The position numbers and the translations under genes were made by a program. The notes below the pieces were generated by a model, which was not told the DNA's origin, ran no database searches, and saw only the letters and a list, made by a program, of their open reading frames with translations. Positions 46,311 through 56,515 of a stretch of DNA of 64,000 nucleotides are shown piece after piece. Every line of letters begins with the position of its first letter. Positions within the stretch are counted from its first letter, which is position 1. Source of the DNA: an uncultured Gammaproteobacteria bacterium (GTDB lineage Bacteria > Patescibacteriota > Microgenomatia > JALYQM01); the NCBI GenBank assembly GCA_964403585.1, contig CAYOFQ010000002.1:5667-69666 (forward strand), read 5' to 3'.

Positions 46311-47407
46311 CCAGTAGCCTGAAGAATAATTCCCTGTCCTTTTTTAGTAGTTAATACGAACGGAGCGTGGGAAATTTTTATCTTTTCCCGTAAACGATGT
46401 ATAAGTTGATCAAGTGCATCATCTGAATATTTGTCTTTCCACCCGTCTCCCCACACTACCCCGGCTAAAGCAGATCTGCTGATAAGCTCTCCTGCATGCA
46501 AAGTTAGATACCTGAAAATATCACCCTCTTGTCCCGTTAGCTCTTGAACTATTTTATTTTCCGCAACACTATATCCCTTAAGAACTAAATACCGGGATAG
46601 TAGCGGATTAAAAATCACTCCATCACAGGTAAAACCAAACTTTTCCAAGAATAACCTGTCTAAATAGGATCCACTTCCGGAGGCTAAAACTGCAACCTTG
46701 TCTTCGGGCAAATCAGTTAGGATGGATTCCAATCGTAACAATAGGGAATCCTGCTCAAGCAGATATGAAAGACTCCAGTCAGCCTGAGGATAATCTTTTC
46801 GTAAAAGATACAGTGATTTAATTAATCCGTCATGGCCACGACTCCACTCATAAATCTCCTTACTTTGCTCCAGTGTAAGCGAAAATGCATATCGCTCACT
46901 AAAGTTAGCAATCAGGCGAAGGGTATCATCAAAATCTAAATGGGTAAGCACAAACATCGACCGGGTCAAGCTCTTGTTACGCTTTTCTAATGCGGCATAG
47001 ACTGATTTAAGGTACGCGAGTGTTATGCATATAAATTTCATCTGTAAGGTCTCACGAACAGCATCAATTTCTGCGAATAAATCAGACACATCCTCACTGA
47101 GAGCCAAATCTACAACATAAACCGAGGGAGCTGAAGTTTCACACATTAACCGGACAAGTGATTCCATTTCTTCCCTGCTTTTTATCTTTACGGTAGTTAC
47201 ACGATAACTTCCACTCTCAGCGCGTAAAGCCTCACCAAGGGCATCGAAAACCACATTCTTACCCTCATCGGTCATGCTAATTATTGAACAGGGTTCCGCC
47301 TGCCGAATACGACTCAAAGCAAAATCCACGGCCTTCTGATGATGGTCGGTACACAGTTTTGGACCCGGTATTGCTTTTGGTATAGTCATAGCTCGTAATT
47401 GTATCAT
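46307..47407 (-). CDS. protein with C-terminal OmpR/PhoB-type winged-helix DNA-binding domain and unknown N-terminal domain
   Basis: The C-terminus LTGQEGDIFRYL…ELISRSALAGVVWGD…SDDALDQLIHRLREKI matches the Trans_reg_C pattern. There is no receiver-domain Asp pocket and no Walker A. Confidence 0.5.
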   Translation of the reverse strand: MIQLRAMTIPKAIPGPKLCTDHHQKAVDFALSRIRQAEPCSIISMTDEGKNVVFDALGEALRAESGSYRVTTVKIKSREEMESLVRLMCETSAPSVYVVDLALSEDVSDLFAEIDAVRETLQMKFICITLAYLKSVYAALEKRNKSLTRSMFVLTHLDFDDTLRLIANFSERYAFSLTLEQSKEIYEWSRGHDGLIKSLYLLRKDYPQADWSLSYLLEQDSLLLRLESILTDLPEDKVAVLASGSGSYLDRLFLEKFGFTCDGVIFNPLLSRYLVLKGYSVAENKIVQELTGQEGDIFRYLTLHAGELISRSALAGVVWGDGWKDKYSDDALDQLIHRLREKIKISHAPFVLTTKKGQGIILQATG

Positions 47408-47409
47408 AG

Positions 47410-49164
47410 TTACCTGATCCCTACCCTTTCACGCACAAATAACTTTCTAAAACTATGATGTTCTTTAATATCCGGCAGCACGACAATAATCTCTGCATTG
47501 ACATCAAGATAGTCACCATTCGAAAAACCGTATTCACCTGATCGCGAGGGAGGCAAAGCTATCGGAGCAAGCAGTTGAATCCCTGCAAATGTTCGCTCAT
47601 GAAGAAATTGACTCCGGAACCAGGCACATGGATTCCGCTCTATACTGGAAAGCTGATCGGATTGACGTAAGTTTGACAACACAACCCCTGCGCCCGGTTT
47701 ATAAAGGAGCAAATTAGCCGTTACCCGGTACCGGTCTAAGTCAGTGTTAACCAGCCTATGGACAAGTACCGAAAAGTCTTTTTCCTCTTTAATCTGTGAA
47801 CGATACCGGATTCCATCTTTTGTAGCGCGTAAATAGTCAGGCAGTGAGTACAAAGCTGCCGGATCAAATAAAGACTTAAATGCCATCAAATAATGAGTAG
47901 CATTCGCATCAATCATCCCCTCACCTTGTACTAAACGATCAAGATTAATATCAAAGTCCGTTAAGTGCGCCTGCACACGCAGAGCGGCCTCTGGACCAAG
48001 AAGATCATGTAAATATGCATAGCGGGGATTCTCAGGATCGGCAAGAAAACCCGCCGCTAATTGGGCATAGTATTCAACCTGTTGCCGATACGGTTCTCGC
48101 CGTAAAAAAACTCGCGTTCCTGACTTTACTGAAGCATCAATCTGCCCTTTGCTCACCATATCCAACCCTGCATCAACCAATAGCAGTCTAAGGGAACTTT
48201 CCTTCCGCGCCGGATGAAGCATTTTCATTATCCGGATCTTGCGCTCCGTATCATAAACTACCCGATCTTCTTTTGTGCTGGCAACACGACTGCGCAATAC
48301 TTCCAGACTATACCTGTCATTAAGCACCGCCAGTAACGAAGAGAACCGGGTTAAATCATTCTTGTTGTCCCCCGGACCAAACCATCCGCCTTCTTCCAGC
48401 ACTGCGTCCTCTGAAAGTTCGAGCGACTGAATTATCTTTCCTAAACCGTGAAAGTTAGAATACACCAGCTGATGATACTCATGTGAGAATCTCTGTGTGT
48501 TCAATTCAGGATTACATACAATTGCCAGGTTAAGCATTAACGACTGCACTAATGCCGGATTATATTCAAAATCCCGCTGCACATACTCCTCGTCTCCACT
48601 AAGTAAGGCAAAATGTAATCGAGCTAAGCTAAAGAGATTATGGCAGGTATCAAAGAATATATACCGGTCCTGATCGGTTTTGAAGTTAAGACTGCTTAAA
48701 AAAGCTTCGGTAACCGGAGAGGTATACAGCATTCCCCGCAAAAACCGTTGAAAATGGTAATCCTCAGTCTCCACCAGCGGAAGTACTCCCGGCTTAATGG
48801 CCAATTCACGGGTAGCCAACAGACACGTCGCTTCGATCTCCCGTGAATGATAATATACCGGCTGAGCATCAGAAGTTTGCCGAGCGATCCGCTCAGCCAT
48901 TTGAAAGATATGTAGCCCTACCCCAGAATAATGATACAAACGGGCCAGCTGTGCCCGATCCTCAGGAAGCCCGATTAAATCTGCTAGATGTTCACAAAAT
49001 TCACTCCAGCGCGGGTCGGCATCCCTGCGCAATAGCACATCAAGCTGAGCCGGAGATTCTGTATGAATACGTTTTAACCGTACATGTGGAGCCAGTATCC
49101 CGGCTGCTATCTCTCGAGCATGAGCTTCAATATTCGAATAAGTGAGATCTTCCCCTGAACACAT
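47410..49164 (-). CDS. hypothetical protein (584 aa), middle gene of a three-gene operon
   Basis: Long ORF with a 3-nt gap to the downstream gene; no recognised motif. Confidence 0.5.
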   Translation of the reverse strand: MCSGEDLTYSNIEAHAREIAAGILAPHVRLKRIHTESPAQLDVLLRRDADPRWSEFCEHLADLIGLPEDRAQLARLYHYSGVGLHIFQMAERIARQTSDAQPVYYHSREIEATCLLATRELAIKPGVLPLVETEDYHFQRFLRGMLYTSPVTEAFLSSLNFKTDQDRYIFFDTCHNLFSLARLHFALLSGDEEYVQRDFEYNPALVQSLMLNLAIVCNPELNTQRFSHEYHQLVYSNFHGLGKIIQSLELSEDAVLEEGGWFGPGDNKNDLTRFSSLLAVLNDRYSLEVLRSRVASTKEDRVVYDTERKIRIMKMLHPARKESSLRLLLVDAGLDMVSKGQIDASVKSGTRVFLRREPYRQQVEYYAQLAAGFLADPENPRYAYLHDLLGPEAALRVQAHLTDFDINLDRLVQGEGMIDANATHYLMAFKSLFDPAALYSLPDYLRATKDGIRYRSQIKEEKDFSVLVHRLVNTDLDRYRVTANLLLYKPGAGVVLSNLRQSDQLSSIERNPCAWFRSQFLHERTFAGIQLLAPIALPPSRSGEYGFSNGDYLDVNAEIIVVLPDIKEHHSFRKLFVRERVGIR

Positions 49165-49212
49165 AAGGCCTACAATAAAAATTATAGGCCATTATACCAC
49201 AAAAAGGTATTA

Positions 49213-50391
49213 TTAGGCTTGGAACTGTCCACCACGAACTGCAGTTATGCTGCCATTCTGGTGCTCTGTTACAGCGACAACCGGAATTATCCCATCAGGA
49301 AGAGTTCCATTCTTCTGCAAAGTTTTTGCTAACGCAGGCATTGTCAGTCCGGCTTGCTTTCCTGCTTTAGCAGTCGCAGCCAAAACAAATTCTGACTCTG
49401 TTAAGGCAGAAGAATCCGCCTGGACACCGGCAAGAACAGCCCGCAACCCTTCCAATCCGCTTGCATAACGCATCTCGGCAACTTGCGGATATAAGGGGAA
49501 CAGTGGCTGACCATCCTGATCAGGCACAACAACTTTTACAGTATCGTCAGAAGTTAATCCTTCTTTAGTATATTGTGCTACCAGCAATTCACCATGATCA
49601 CCCGGGAGAAATTCAATATCAACATTTTTACCTGCCCACTTAGCACGGACAATAGCTTTAACAACATCTCCTACTAATCCCTGCCGGGCATCATATTCTC
49701 CGCTGCGGGAGTTCATTTGAGCCAGATGACCACACCCTAAGTATTTAACCATTAAGTCAAGCACGGCATCCTGTGTTGCTCGTGTATCGCTAACACCCAT
49801 CTCATCCAAAACACGCGCAGGATCGTTAATAAGTTCAACTATCCATTGATCTGCATCAACCTGTGCAGCGCGGGCAACCACCGCTTCCGGTAAATCTTCT
49901 ACCGCAGCTAAATTATGCGCCATTTTCTGCGCAGCATGCATATCTGAATGGAGATACACACCGCCATTCTGCTCTATATCACCATCCACTACTTTCTGGA
50001 CCATCTCGGGAGTGAACACAGTACCGGTTAGATCTTCAGCAGTGCTGATCTTTACTGCAATAATACCTGCATCGCCGGCAGGAACATTAACACTCTCTTT
50101 TTTACGACGCCCGTCAATACAGCAAATTTCTGCAATCTCAGCTACTTTCTGTTCCGCAGCAGCTCTAAATCTATCCTCTGCAATTGCTTCGGGATTAGTC
50201 TCTATCTCACGTTGTGTAGATTGTTCTTGCATGACACCTCCTTGTCCTCCAATAGACTCACTACGGCCATCAGTTAATCCGACAACCCGCCGAGGCGGAA
50301 TTGGCCCTTGGTGCCCTCGCTGATCGTTTCCGGAATCGGGAGCAAATAAGCGCTGGTCCATCTCAATAGGCAAATAAATTTCTCTCGGCAT
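49213..50391 (-). CDS. hypothetical protein (392 aa), first gene of a three-gene operon
   Basis: Long GC-richer ORF; no recognised motif. Confidence 0.5.
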   Translation of the reverse strand: MPREIYLPIEMDQRLFAPDSGNDQRGHQGPIPPRRVVGLTDGRSESIGGQGGVMQEQSTQREIETNPEAIAEDRFRAAAEQKVAEIAEICCIDGRRKKESVNVPAGDAGIIAVKISTAEDLTGTVFTPEMVQKVVDGDIEQNGGVYLHSDMHAAQKMAHNLAAVEDLPEAVVARAAQVDADQWIVELINDPARVLDEMGVSDTRATQDAVLDLMVKYLGCGHLAQMNSRSGEYDARQGLVGDVVKAIVRAKWAGKNVDIEFLPGDHGELLVAQYTKEGLTSDDTVKVVVPDQDGQPLFPLYPQVAEMRYASGLEGLRAVLAGVQADSSALTESEFVLAATAKAGKQAGLTMPALAKTLQKNGTLPDGIIPVVAVTEHQNGSITAVRGGQFQA

Positions 50392-50490
50392 AAGTATACT
50401 CCTTAAAAAACAAAAATATCAGAATCTGACAAAATCCTGATAATCTTGACCGAATATACTCCTTAAGCCTGATATTTACAAGCGACCGTT

Positions 50491-51198
50491 TTGAACACCT
50501 CCCCTTTTGCTATAATCAAACCAATGCTACTCGACCTACTCTTCCCCAAGCAGTGCCTCTCCTGTAATAAATACGGTTCCTACATCTGTGATAACTGTGC
50601 GGCCAAAATAACCCGTCATAATCAAACCTGCATTGTCTGTTATCACTACTCACCATTCGGTAAAACCCACCCTGAATGCCAAAAACACACGCCACTTAAT
50701 GGCGCCATCCTGACAACCGAATATAAGGAACTGACACGCCATGCCCTCCACCAGATAAAATACAAACTAAACTACGATATCCTGAGAGAGCTCTTACAAA
50801 AAACACTCGACTCAAAAAAGATAGCGCAATGCCTAATTCAGGAAGAAATAGAGCTCTGCACCGAAGTACCTATGCATCCTTATAAACAGAATCAGCGGGG
50901 ATTCAATCAGGCATTGCTCATGGCAAAATGGCTCGCCGGACATTACTCCATTTCCTACCGGTCGCTGCTAATCAAGAAACACAACACCCTGCCACAAATG
51001 AAACTATCCCGTGAAGAACGGATCTTCAACATCAAAAATGCATTTTTAGTAAAAGATCCTTCCCTGATAAACGGCAGAAACATACTATTTGTCGATGATG
51101 TCACAACGACCGCCTCAACACTCGAAGAGTGTGCTTCCATCGCAAAAAAAGCAGGAGCAGGAAAAGTTTGGGCCATCGTCATAGCCGCTCGGCGATAA
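50491..51198 (+). CDS. comFC: ComF-family protein (phosphoribosyltransferase-like competence protein)
   Basis: N-terminal double-Cys zinc ribbon (CLSCNKYGSYICDNCAAKI…CIVCYHY) and PRTase motif ILFVDDVTTTASTLEE. Confidence 0.7.
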   Translation: MNTSPFAIIKPMLLDLLFPKQCLSCNKYGSYICDNCAAKITRHNQTCIVCYHYSPFGKTHPECQKHTPLNGAILTTEYKELTRHALHQIKYKLNYDILRELLQKTLDSKKIAQCLIQEEIELCTEVPMHPYKQNQRGFNQALLMAKWLAGHYSISYRSLLIKKHNTLPQMKLSREERIFNIKNAFLVKDPSLINGRNILFVDDVTTTASTLEECASIAKKAGAGKVWAIVIAARR

Positions 51199-51231
51199 AT
51201 ATACATTTGACATTCAATCAAAAAGTGATCT

Positions 51232-52956
51232 ATGCTAATTACATCTATGAAATCTGCCCACCTCAAAGTAATTACCATAGCATTTTTAGTAACCGTCGGA
51301 ACCTGGGTAGCATTAATGGGCGCACGCGGTGCCAACCAGGTAGCCTTGCATGAAGTAAATAAACCTTCCATTATTGGAGCAGAACCCCAGATTAACGTAG
51401 CTGCAAAAATGGGTCCGCTCGTACCGAATCCCCGCCAGGAAACAGACGACCCGGCTATCTGGATCCACCCTACTAATCCCAGCAAAAGCTTCATGATTCT
51501 TTCAGATAAATATAAAGGAATGTTTGTCTTTGATTTTAATGGAAATCAAATTCAACAATTACAAGCTACAGATTGGAATTTATCCGGCAGAGTAAATAAC
51601 ATCGATCTGCGCAAAGGCTTTAAACTCGGCAATGAAACTGTTGATGTAGTCGCCGGAAATTTCCGCGATGCCGGTAAATTGGGTATGGCTAAAGTAAATC
51701 CGAATTGGGGCGGAACGGTAAAACCATTAGAAGTAATCCCGGGCACTCCAACCATTTCCAGTGCAAGTTATGGATTTACTCTATATAAGCGCAAATCCGA
51801 CGGCCAACTGTTTATGTTTGATCAACCTAAATCAAGCGCACCTATAAAGCAATGGAAAATTGACGGAAGCTCTGGAACAATTACAACGACCTTTGTGAGA
51901 GATGTAGCAACAATGGGAGTTGCCGAAGGATACGTCGCCGACGATGATGCCGGATTAGTATATTTCACTGAAGAAGGCACCGGCATTCATAAATATAATG
52001 CCGATCCGGATAATCCGGTTAAAACTCGCTTGAATCTTTTCGCTAACGGTTCAGATACCAAACCGGATCGCGAAGGGTTAACACTCTATGCCTGTAACGA
52101 CGGAACCGGTTACTTAATCCTCTCCAACCAGGGATACAGCAACTTTAAAGTATACAACCGTCAGGGCAATAATGAGCTGGTTAAAACTTTTACTGCAGAT
52201 AAATCCAAAGGCACCGATGGCTTGGATGTTACTGCCTATGCAGCACCCGGTTTCCCGAACGGATTTGCCATAATCCAAAACGATGCCTCTACAGCCGGCG
52301 GAGCGACCACAATGAGTTATTATGTCTATGATTGGGCATCAATCGCACAGTCGGATATGAAAATCTGCCCGAACGGTGGCGGTGGTGGACCAACTATTAA
52401 CCCGACACCGACTAACAACCCTACCCCAACCATCCATCCTACTCTTACAGCTAATCCAACCCCAACAGAAGACCCGTTTACACTCTGCGACAAAAACGCC
52501 TATTCCATCAACAATCCGGCCGGATGGAATTTCACCGAAGAGTGCTTACAAAGAGATAGTGTTATCTATCAAAACGATAACCGCTTTACCTTCTTCGGAG
52601 TACCAACAGACTACAATGAAATATCATATATAAAAACACCTAACAATGTCATCAAAGACAGCACAACCCTTAGCTGGTCAATTAATCTAACCAAAACTGC
52701 CGACGTCTACGTGTTCTACCGAAAAATCCCCGGCCAAACAGTACCGTCCTGGCTATCAACATACACCAAAGTAACCCCTGCTGGATACGCAGATCTACCG
52801 CAGCATATCTTAAGAAAAAATGAGTTAGGCTTAATTGGCGTATATGATATTTACAGGAAACGCTCAACACCCGGTAACGTCAGCTTCGGAGCAGCGTCAA
52901 CGTCCTCGGTAAACGCTTACTCCATGTACATCACAGCGATAAAAACCAATATCTAA
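51232..52956 (+). CDS. secreted beta-propeller phytase (3-phytase, BPP family) with C-terminal extension
   Basis: Signal peptide; blocks matching Bacillus PhyC from memory (ETDDPAIWIHPTNPSKS, YGFTLY, EGYVADDDAGLVYFTEE, DREGLTLYACNDGTGYLILSNQGYSNFKVYNRQG, TDGLDV); Pro/Thr linker and about 150-aa C-terminal domain. Confidence 0.8.
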   Translation: MLITSMKSAHLKVITIAFLVTVGTWVALMGARGANQVALHEVNKPSIIGAEPQINVAAKMGPLVPNPRQETDDPAIWIHPTNPSKSFMILSDKYKGMFVFDFNGNQIQQLQATDWNLSGRVNNIDLRKGFKLGNETVDVVAGNFRDAGKLGMAKVNPNWGGTVKPLEVIPGTPTISSASYGFTLYKRKSDGQLFMFDQPKSSAPIKQWKIDGSSGTITTTFVRDVATMGVAEGYVADDDAGLVYFTEEGTGIHKYNADPDNPVKTRLNLFANGSDTKPDREGLTLYACNDGTGYLILSNQGYSNFKVYNRQGNNELVKTFTADKSKGTDGLDVTAYAAPGFPNGFAIIQNDASTAGGATTMSYYVYDWASIAQSDMKICPNGGGGGPTINPTPTNNPTPTIHPTLTANPTPTEDPFTLCDKNAYSINNPAGWNFTEECLQRDSVIYQNDNRFTFFGVPTDYNEISYIKTPNNVIKDSTTLSWSINLTKTADVYVFYRKIPGQTVPSWLSTYTKVTPAGYADLPQHILRKNELGLIGVYDIYRKRSTPGNVSFGAASTSSVNAYSMYITAIKTNI

Positions 52957-53111
52957 AAAAGTCCCAACAACTGTTGGGACTTAATTGTGGACATCCATGA
53001 CGAAAGTAGCCGACAATGACGAAGTGGAGAATGAATTAGAGAATATAAATCAACTCAATAATAATTCCAACAAAAGATGAATAAACGATAGTAGTGTAGT
53101 AAAATCAAGCA

Positions 53112-54005
53112 ATGTCACACATAACAAAAACCTTAAGAACAGGAGAATGGATTCATATTGAAAATCCAGACGCAAAAGACATAACCTTTCTACATACACA
53201 ATTCCCTTTTATTCATTCAGTAAACTTAGAAGATATACAAGAATCTGTTATTCGTTCCAAACTTGATACCTATCATGACCATATATTCGTATCTTTAGCA
53301 GTTCCCATAGACTATACACCAGGCACAAGATTAGAATACCTTGAGTTAACAATAATTTTTAATAAAGATATAATCATTACAGTAACCAACTCAAAAAAAA
53401 ACACCTCCAGACTATTCGAAGATATCTATAAACCCCAAGAAAATCCAGCAATAAGTGCATATGAGTTAAGTAGAAGACTTTACGCAAAATCAAGTAACGT
53501 TATCGCTCACATGGGCAAAGCTGTAGCCGATATTGATTCTGATATTCTTAACACACGCTCAACTACTGTCATTAGAAAAATATCAATATTACAAAGAAAT
53601 CTTATATATTTTGCAACCACTTTAGATGCAGCCTTACCTATATTCGAAAAACTTGAAAACACAACACATTCATTTCTCCAAGAACAAATAAGCGATTATT
53701 GGGGAGACATTATTGATACACTCTACGAACAAAGAGATCTTCTAGACGATTATTACAATATTTTGAAGGAATTATCTAATTCCCATCAAATTATTCTAGA
53801 CTACCATACTAATCACGTTATTCATATTCTAACGATTATCTCAGTTATATTTTTACCCTTGAATTTAATTGCAGGTATTTACGGTATGAATTTTGATTTT
53901 TTGCCTGGTACACACTATCCATATGGGTTCACTTTCACTATTCTAAGCATGGTTTTAATTACAGTTATTACTTTTATTGTAATCAAATACAAGAAATGGT
54001 TATAA
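53112..54005 (+). CDS. corA: CorA-family magnesium/cobalt transporter
   Basis: C-terminal two-TM region with the GMN motif (IAGIYGMNFDFLP). Confidence 0.8.
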   Translation: MSHITKTLRTGEWIHIENPDAKDITFLHTQFPFIHSVNLEDIQESVIRSKLDTYHDHIFVSLAVPIDYTPGTRLEYLELTIIFNKDIIITVTNSKKNTSRLFEDIYKPQENPAISAYELSRRLYAKSSNVIAHMGKAVADIDSDILNTRSTTVIRKISILQRNLIYFATTLDAALPIFEKLENTTHSFLQEQISDYWGDIIDTLYEQRDLLDDYYNILKELSNSHQIILDYHTNHVIHILTIISVIFLPLNLIAGIYGMNFDFLPGTHYPYGFTFTILSMVLITVITFIVIKYKKWL

Positions 54006-54133
54006 CTGAAAGGTCGGTGGAGCAAGTGCGTAACCTGCATAATGTGATAAAGGCAGCCGCAACGCTCACACAATGCACATCAAACAACATAGCGTTCTGT
54101 GTGAGTATACTGCTTTCCCCTCAATTTTGTAGG

Positions 54134-54733
54134 CTATGGTTGTATGAAAGATGATGTCGAGAGAAGCAACATTATCCCTATGGTATTAAGTAAAAACGAT
54201 AAGACTATAAATTTGTACGTTCCCATTTTAGATATACCCATCAAACTAATCCCGATCTCATCAGGCAAAGGTGAAGCAATAATGAAAGCTCCAAGTACAG
54301 GTAATGTCCACATAAAATATTTTGTGTGCAGCACTCGATTACAGTAGGCACCTCCTAGTTTGTAATAAAAAAATTTAAGCTCATCAATGATGCTGTATTT
54401 GATGAAATGAAATATTGTAAGATCGCCAACAACCGCACCCACTCCAGCAATGATTGCAAGGATATAAAAAGGTAACTTTTCAGCAAGTACGAACAGAATT
54501 ACTGCACCAGTAGCAACGGTGAACGTAGATACAAATAATATACCCGCAATAAATGCTCCAATATAACCAAGCTCACCTAAACTAAGCAAAAACATGTGAA
54601 ATATTTCCAGGCGAGAGATAACAACAGCAACGATAACGCTGAGTGCAAAAATTGCCAAGTTCCGATAGTTAATACTCGTTTTTTTCAACTTTATTTTACG
54701 CATCCATATGATTAGTATATGACTAAGTTGCAC
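54134..54733 (-). CDS. membrane protein, possibly DedA/VTT-domain-like
   Basis: Multiple TM helices with a Gly-rich re-entrant-like segment (YIGAFIAGILFVSTFTVATGAVILFV); family call is weak. Confidence 0.4.
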   Translation of the reverse strand: MQLSHILIIWMRKIKLKKTSINYRNLAIFALSVIVAVVISRLEIFHMFLLSLGELGYIGAFIAGILFVSTFTVATGAVILFVLAEKLPFYILAIIAGVGAVVGDLTIFHFIKYSIIDELKFFYYKLGGAYCNRVLHTKYFMWTLPVLGAFIIASPLPDEIGISLMGISKMGTYKFIVLSFLLNTIGIMLLLSTSSFIQP

Positions 54734-55895
54734 ATAAATTCACTAGTCAACCTAAAATTCAAACAGATCACGCACCTCAACACCCAATCGCACAGCAAGC
54801 TTTATCAAATACCACACCGTTGTATTCACATATCCATTTTCAATTTTAGCCGGGACCGAAGTGAAAAGTATTATCTTCTCTCAATAATCATTTACAGATG
54901 TGGAAAAGTTACCGGTCTACAAGACAAACCATTTATGACAAAAAATCAGGGGTTGGAACCAGTACTTTATCCAGTCCTATTAAGGTTTTTGATGCTTTAA
55001 AAACATCAAAAGAAAATGATGTGGAGATGCCGATCTATGAAATCGGGTCTGGAATCTGTAATTAAAAACATCTACATAGCATAGTCGGTACTTATATCTC
55101 GTACCACAACGATCCTACCGACAGGAGAAGTGATACAAAGGTCAAAGTCTTAAAGGATTACAGCGACCACCCCGAATCCTCGCATACAATCTTTGTTTAC
55201 GCCCTACTCCGCTCGATTGTAAAATCAGAATAGAACGTCCATTGTTTAGCTAAAGAAAAGTTTAGCCAAATGCAGGATAGCTAACGCCTGCTACAGCGTT
55301 ACCCAAGCCGAAGTTTGGGAACTTTGCAGCGATTTTGTCAGCTATTGATGTAGAAGAATCTGCATCTATATTTTAGTCCCGTTTTTACGACTCTTGAGAC
55401 CATCGTCGGCTATGCAGTTTTTAAAGAGCACATCCCATCGAAACAACACATCCCCATGAGATTTTATGTTAAGACTAGTGCTTAACAAGACTGAATTATA
55501 ACACATTTTAAGCCATTTTTCCAGTAAAATAAACCTGCCAAACCGCTAATAGCAGAGCAAAGCTTTAAACGCAAGCAGAGCGAAGCCTTAATCGTATCAC
55601 TGGCAAGCTCGACAAGAAGGGTATAATTACCCTGTTGACATACATACACTAATGATATAACATATAAATATACTTACAGTATAACAGTCATCACTCGCTG
55701 TAAGTGTTCCTTAAAAATTCCTTTTCTGATTTCGTCGCAGACCCCGGGATCATATAAAAAGGGCACAATACATGTCCTGTCAGTATCTCATTATAGGTGC
55801 CGCTAAATTGGATAAGGAATTTATGAATAAACCCGTCTTTGAAACATAAGGCGGGTTTATTTTTATGCAAAGCCTTTCTCCCTTTACCCCTACAC

Positions 55896-55904
55896 TGGTA
55901 TAAT
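55896..55904 (+). promoter_or_regulatory. Extended -10 promoter element (TGGTATAAT) 6 nt upstream of the smpB ATG, implying a leaderless transcript
   Basis: TGnTATAAT consensus read directly; no room for a Shine-Dalgarno sequence. Confidence 0.4.
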
Positions 55905-55910
55905 ACGCTC

Positions 55911-56354
55911 ATGAAATCACTCGTCTACAACAAACGAGCCAAATTCGACTATTTTCTGGAAGACAAATACGAGGCAGGTATGGTACTTACCGGAGGAGAA
56001 GTCAAATCGATCCGGGAAGGCCGTGCAAGCCTCCAGGATAGCTTTGTGCGGGTTAAAAATGGTGAGGCTTACCTATTGAATGCCTTTATTAATCCCTACA
56101 GCTTCGCCGATAACAGAAACCTCGATCCACGCCGGGAACGCAAACTGTTACTCCATAAAAAACAAATCAACGAACTGATGGCTAAAAGTAATGGCAAAAA
56201 TACCACCATAGTTCCCGTTTCTTTCTACAACAAGAACAACACCATTAAAGTAGAGATCGCCATTGGTAAAGGTAAGAAACAATACGATAAACGCGCCGCT
56301 ATCAAGAAACGCGACTTAGATAAAAAAATCCAGCAGGAAATGAGGATTAGATAG
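55911..56354 (+). CDS. smpB: SsrA-binding protein SmpB
   Basis: MKSLVYNKRAKFDYFLEDKYEAGMVLTGGEVKSIREGRASLQDSFVRV…RKLLLHKKQI matches SmpB throughout. Start set at 55911 rather than the tracked 55839. Confidence 0.85.
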   Translation: MKSLVYNKRAKFDYFLEDKYEAGMVLTGGEVKSIREGRASLQDSFVRVKNGEAYLLNAFINPYSFADNRNLDPRRERKLLLHKKQINELMAKSNGKNTTIVPVSFYNKNNTIKVEIAIGKGKKQYDKRAAIKKRDLDKKIQQEMRIR

Positions 56355-56515
56355 CCACGCGAAGCTTACCATTTCATTTTATGAAGCCGAACTTCCGCCC
56401 TGGGGAACGTTTATGGCTAAAGAAAAGATCGTGGTGCGAAGGGCATTGAGAAAGAGCAACTGGAGCATGTGAGGCCATTAAAACGAAATGGTAAGCGAAG
56501 TGACAAAGAAGTTTA

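Noticed and set aside
54734-55838. tmRNA (ssrA) call upstream of smpB
   Set aside because: I could not identify a canonical tRNA-like 3' end (GGUUCGA…CCA) or a tag-peptide reading frame by eye, so it is left as a candidate region only.
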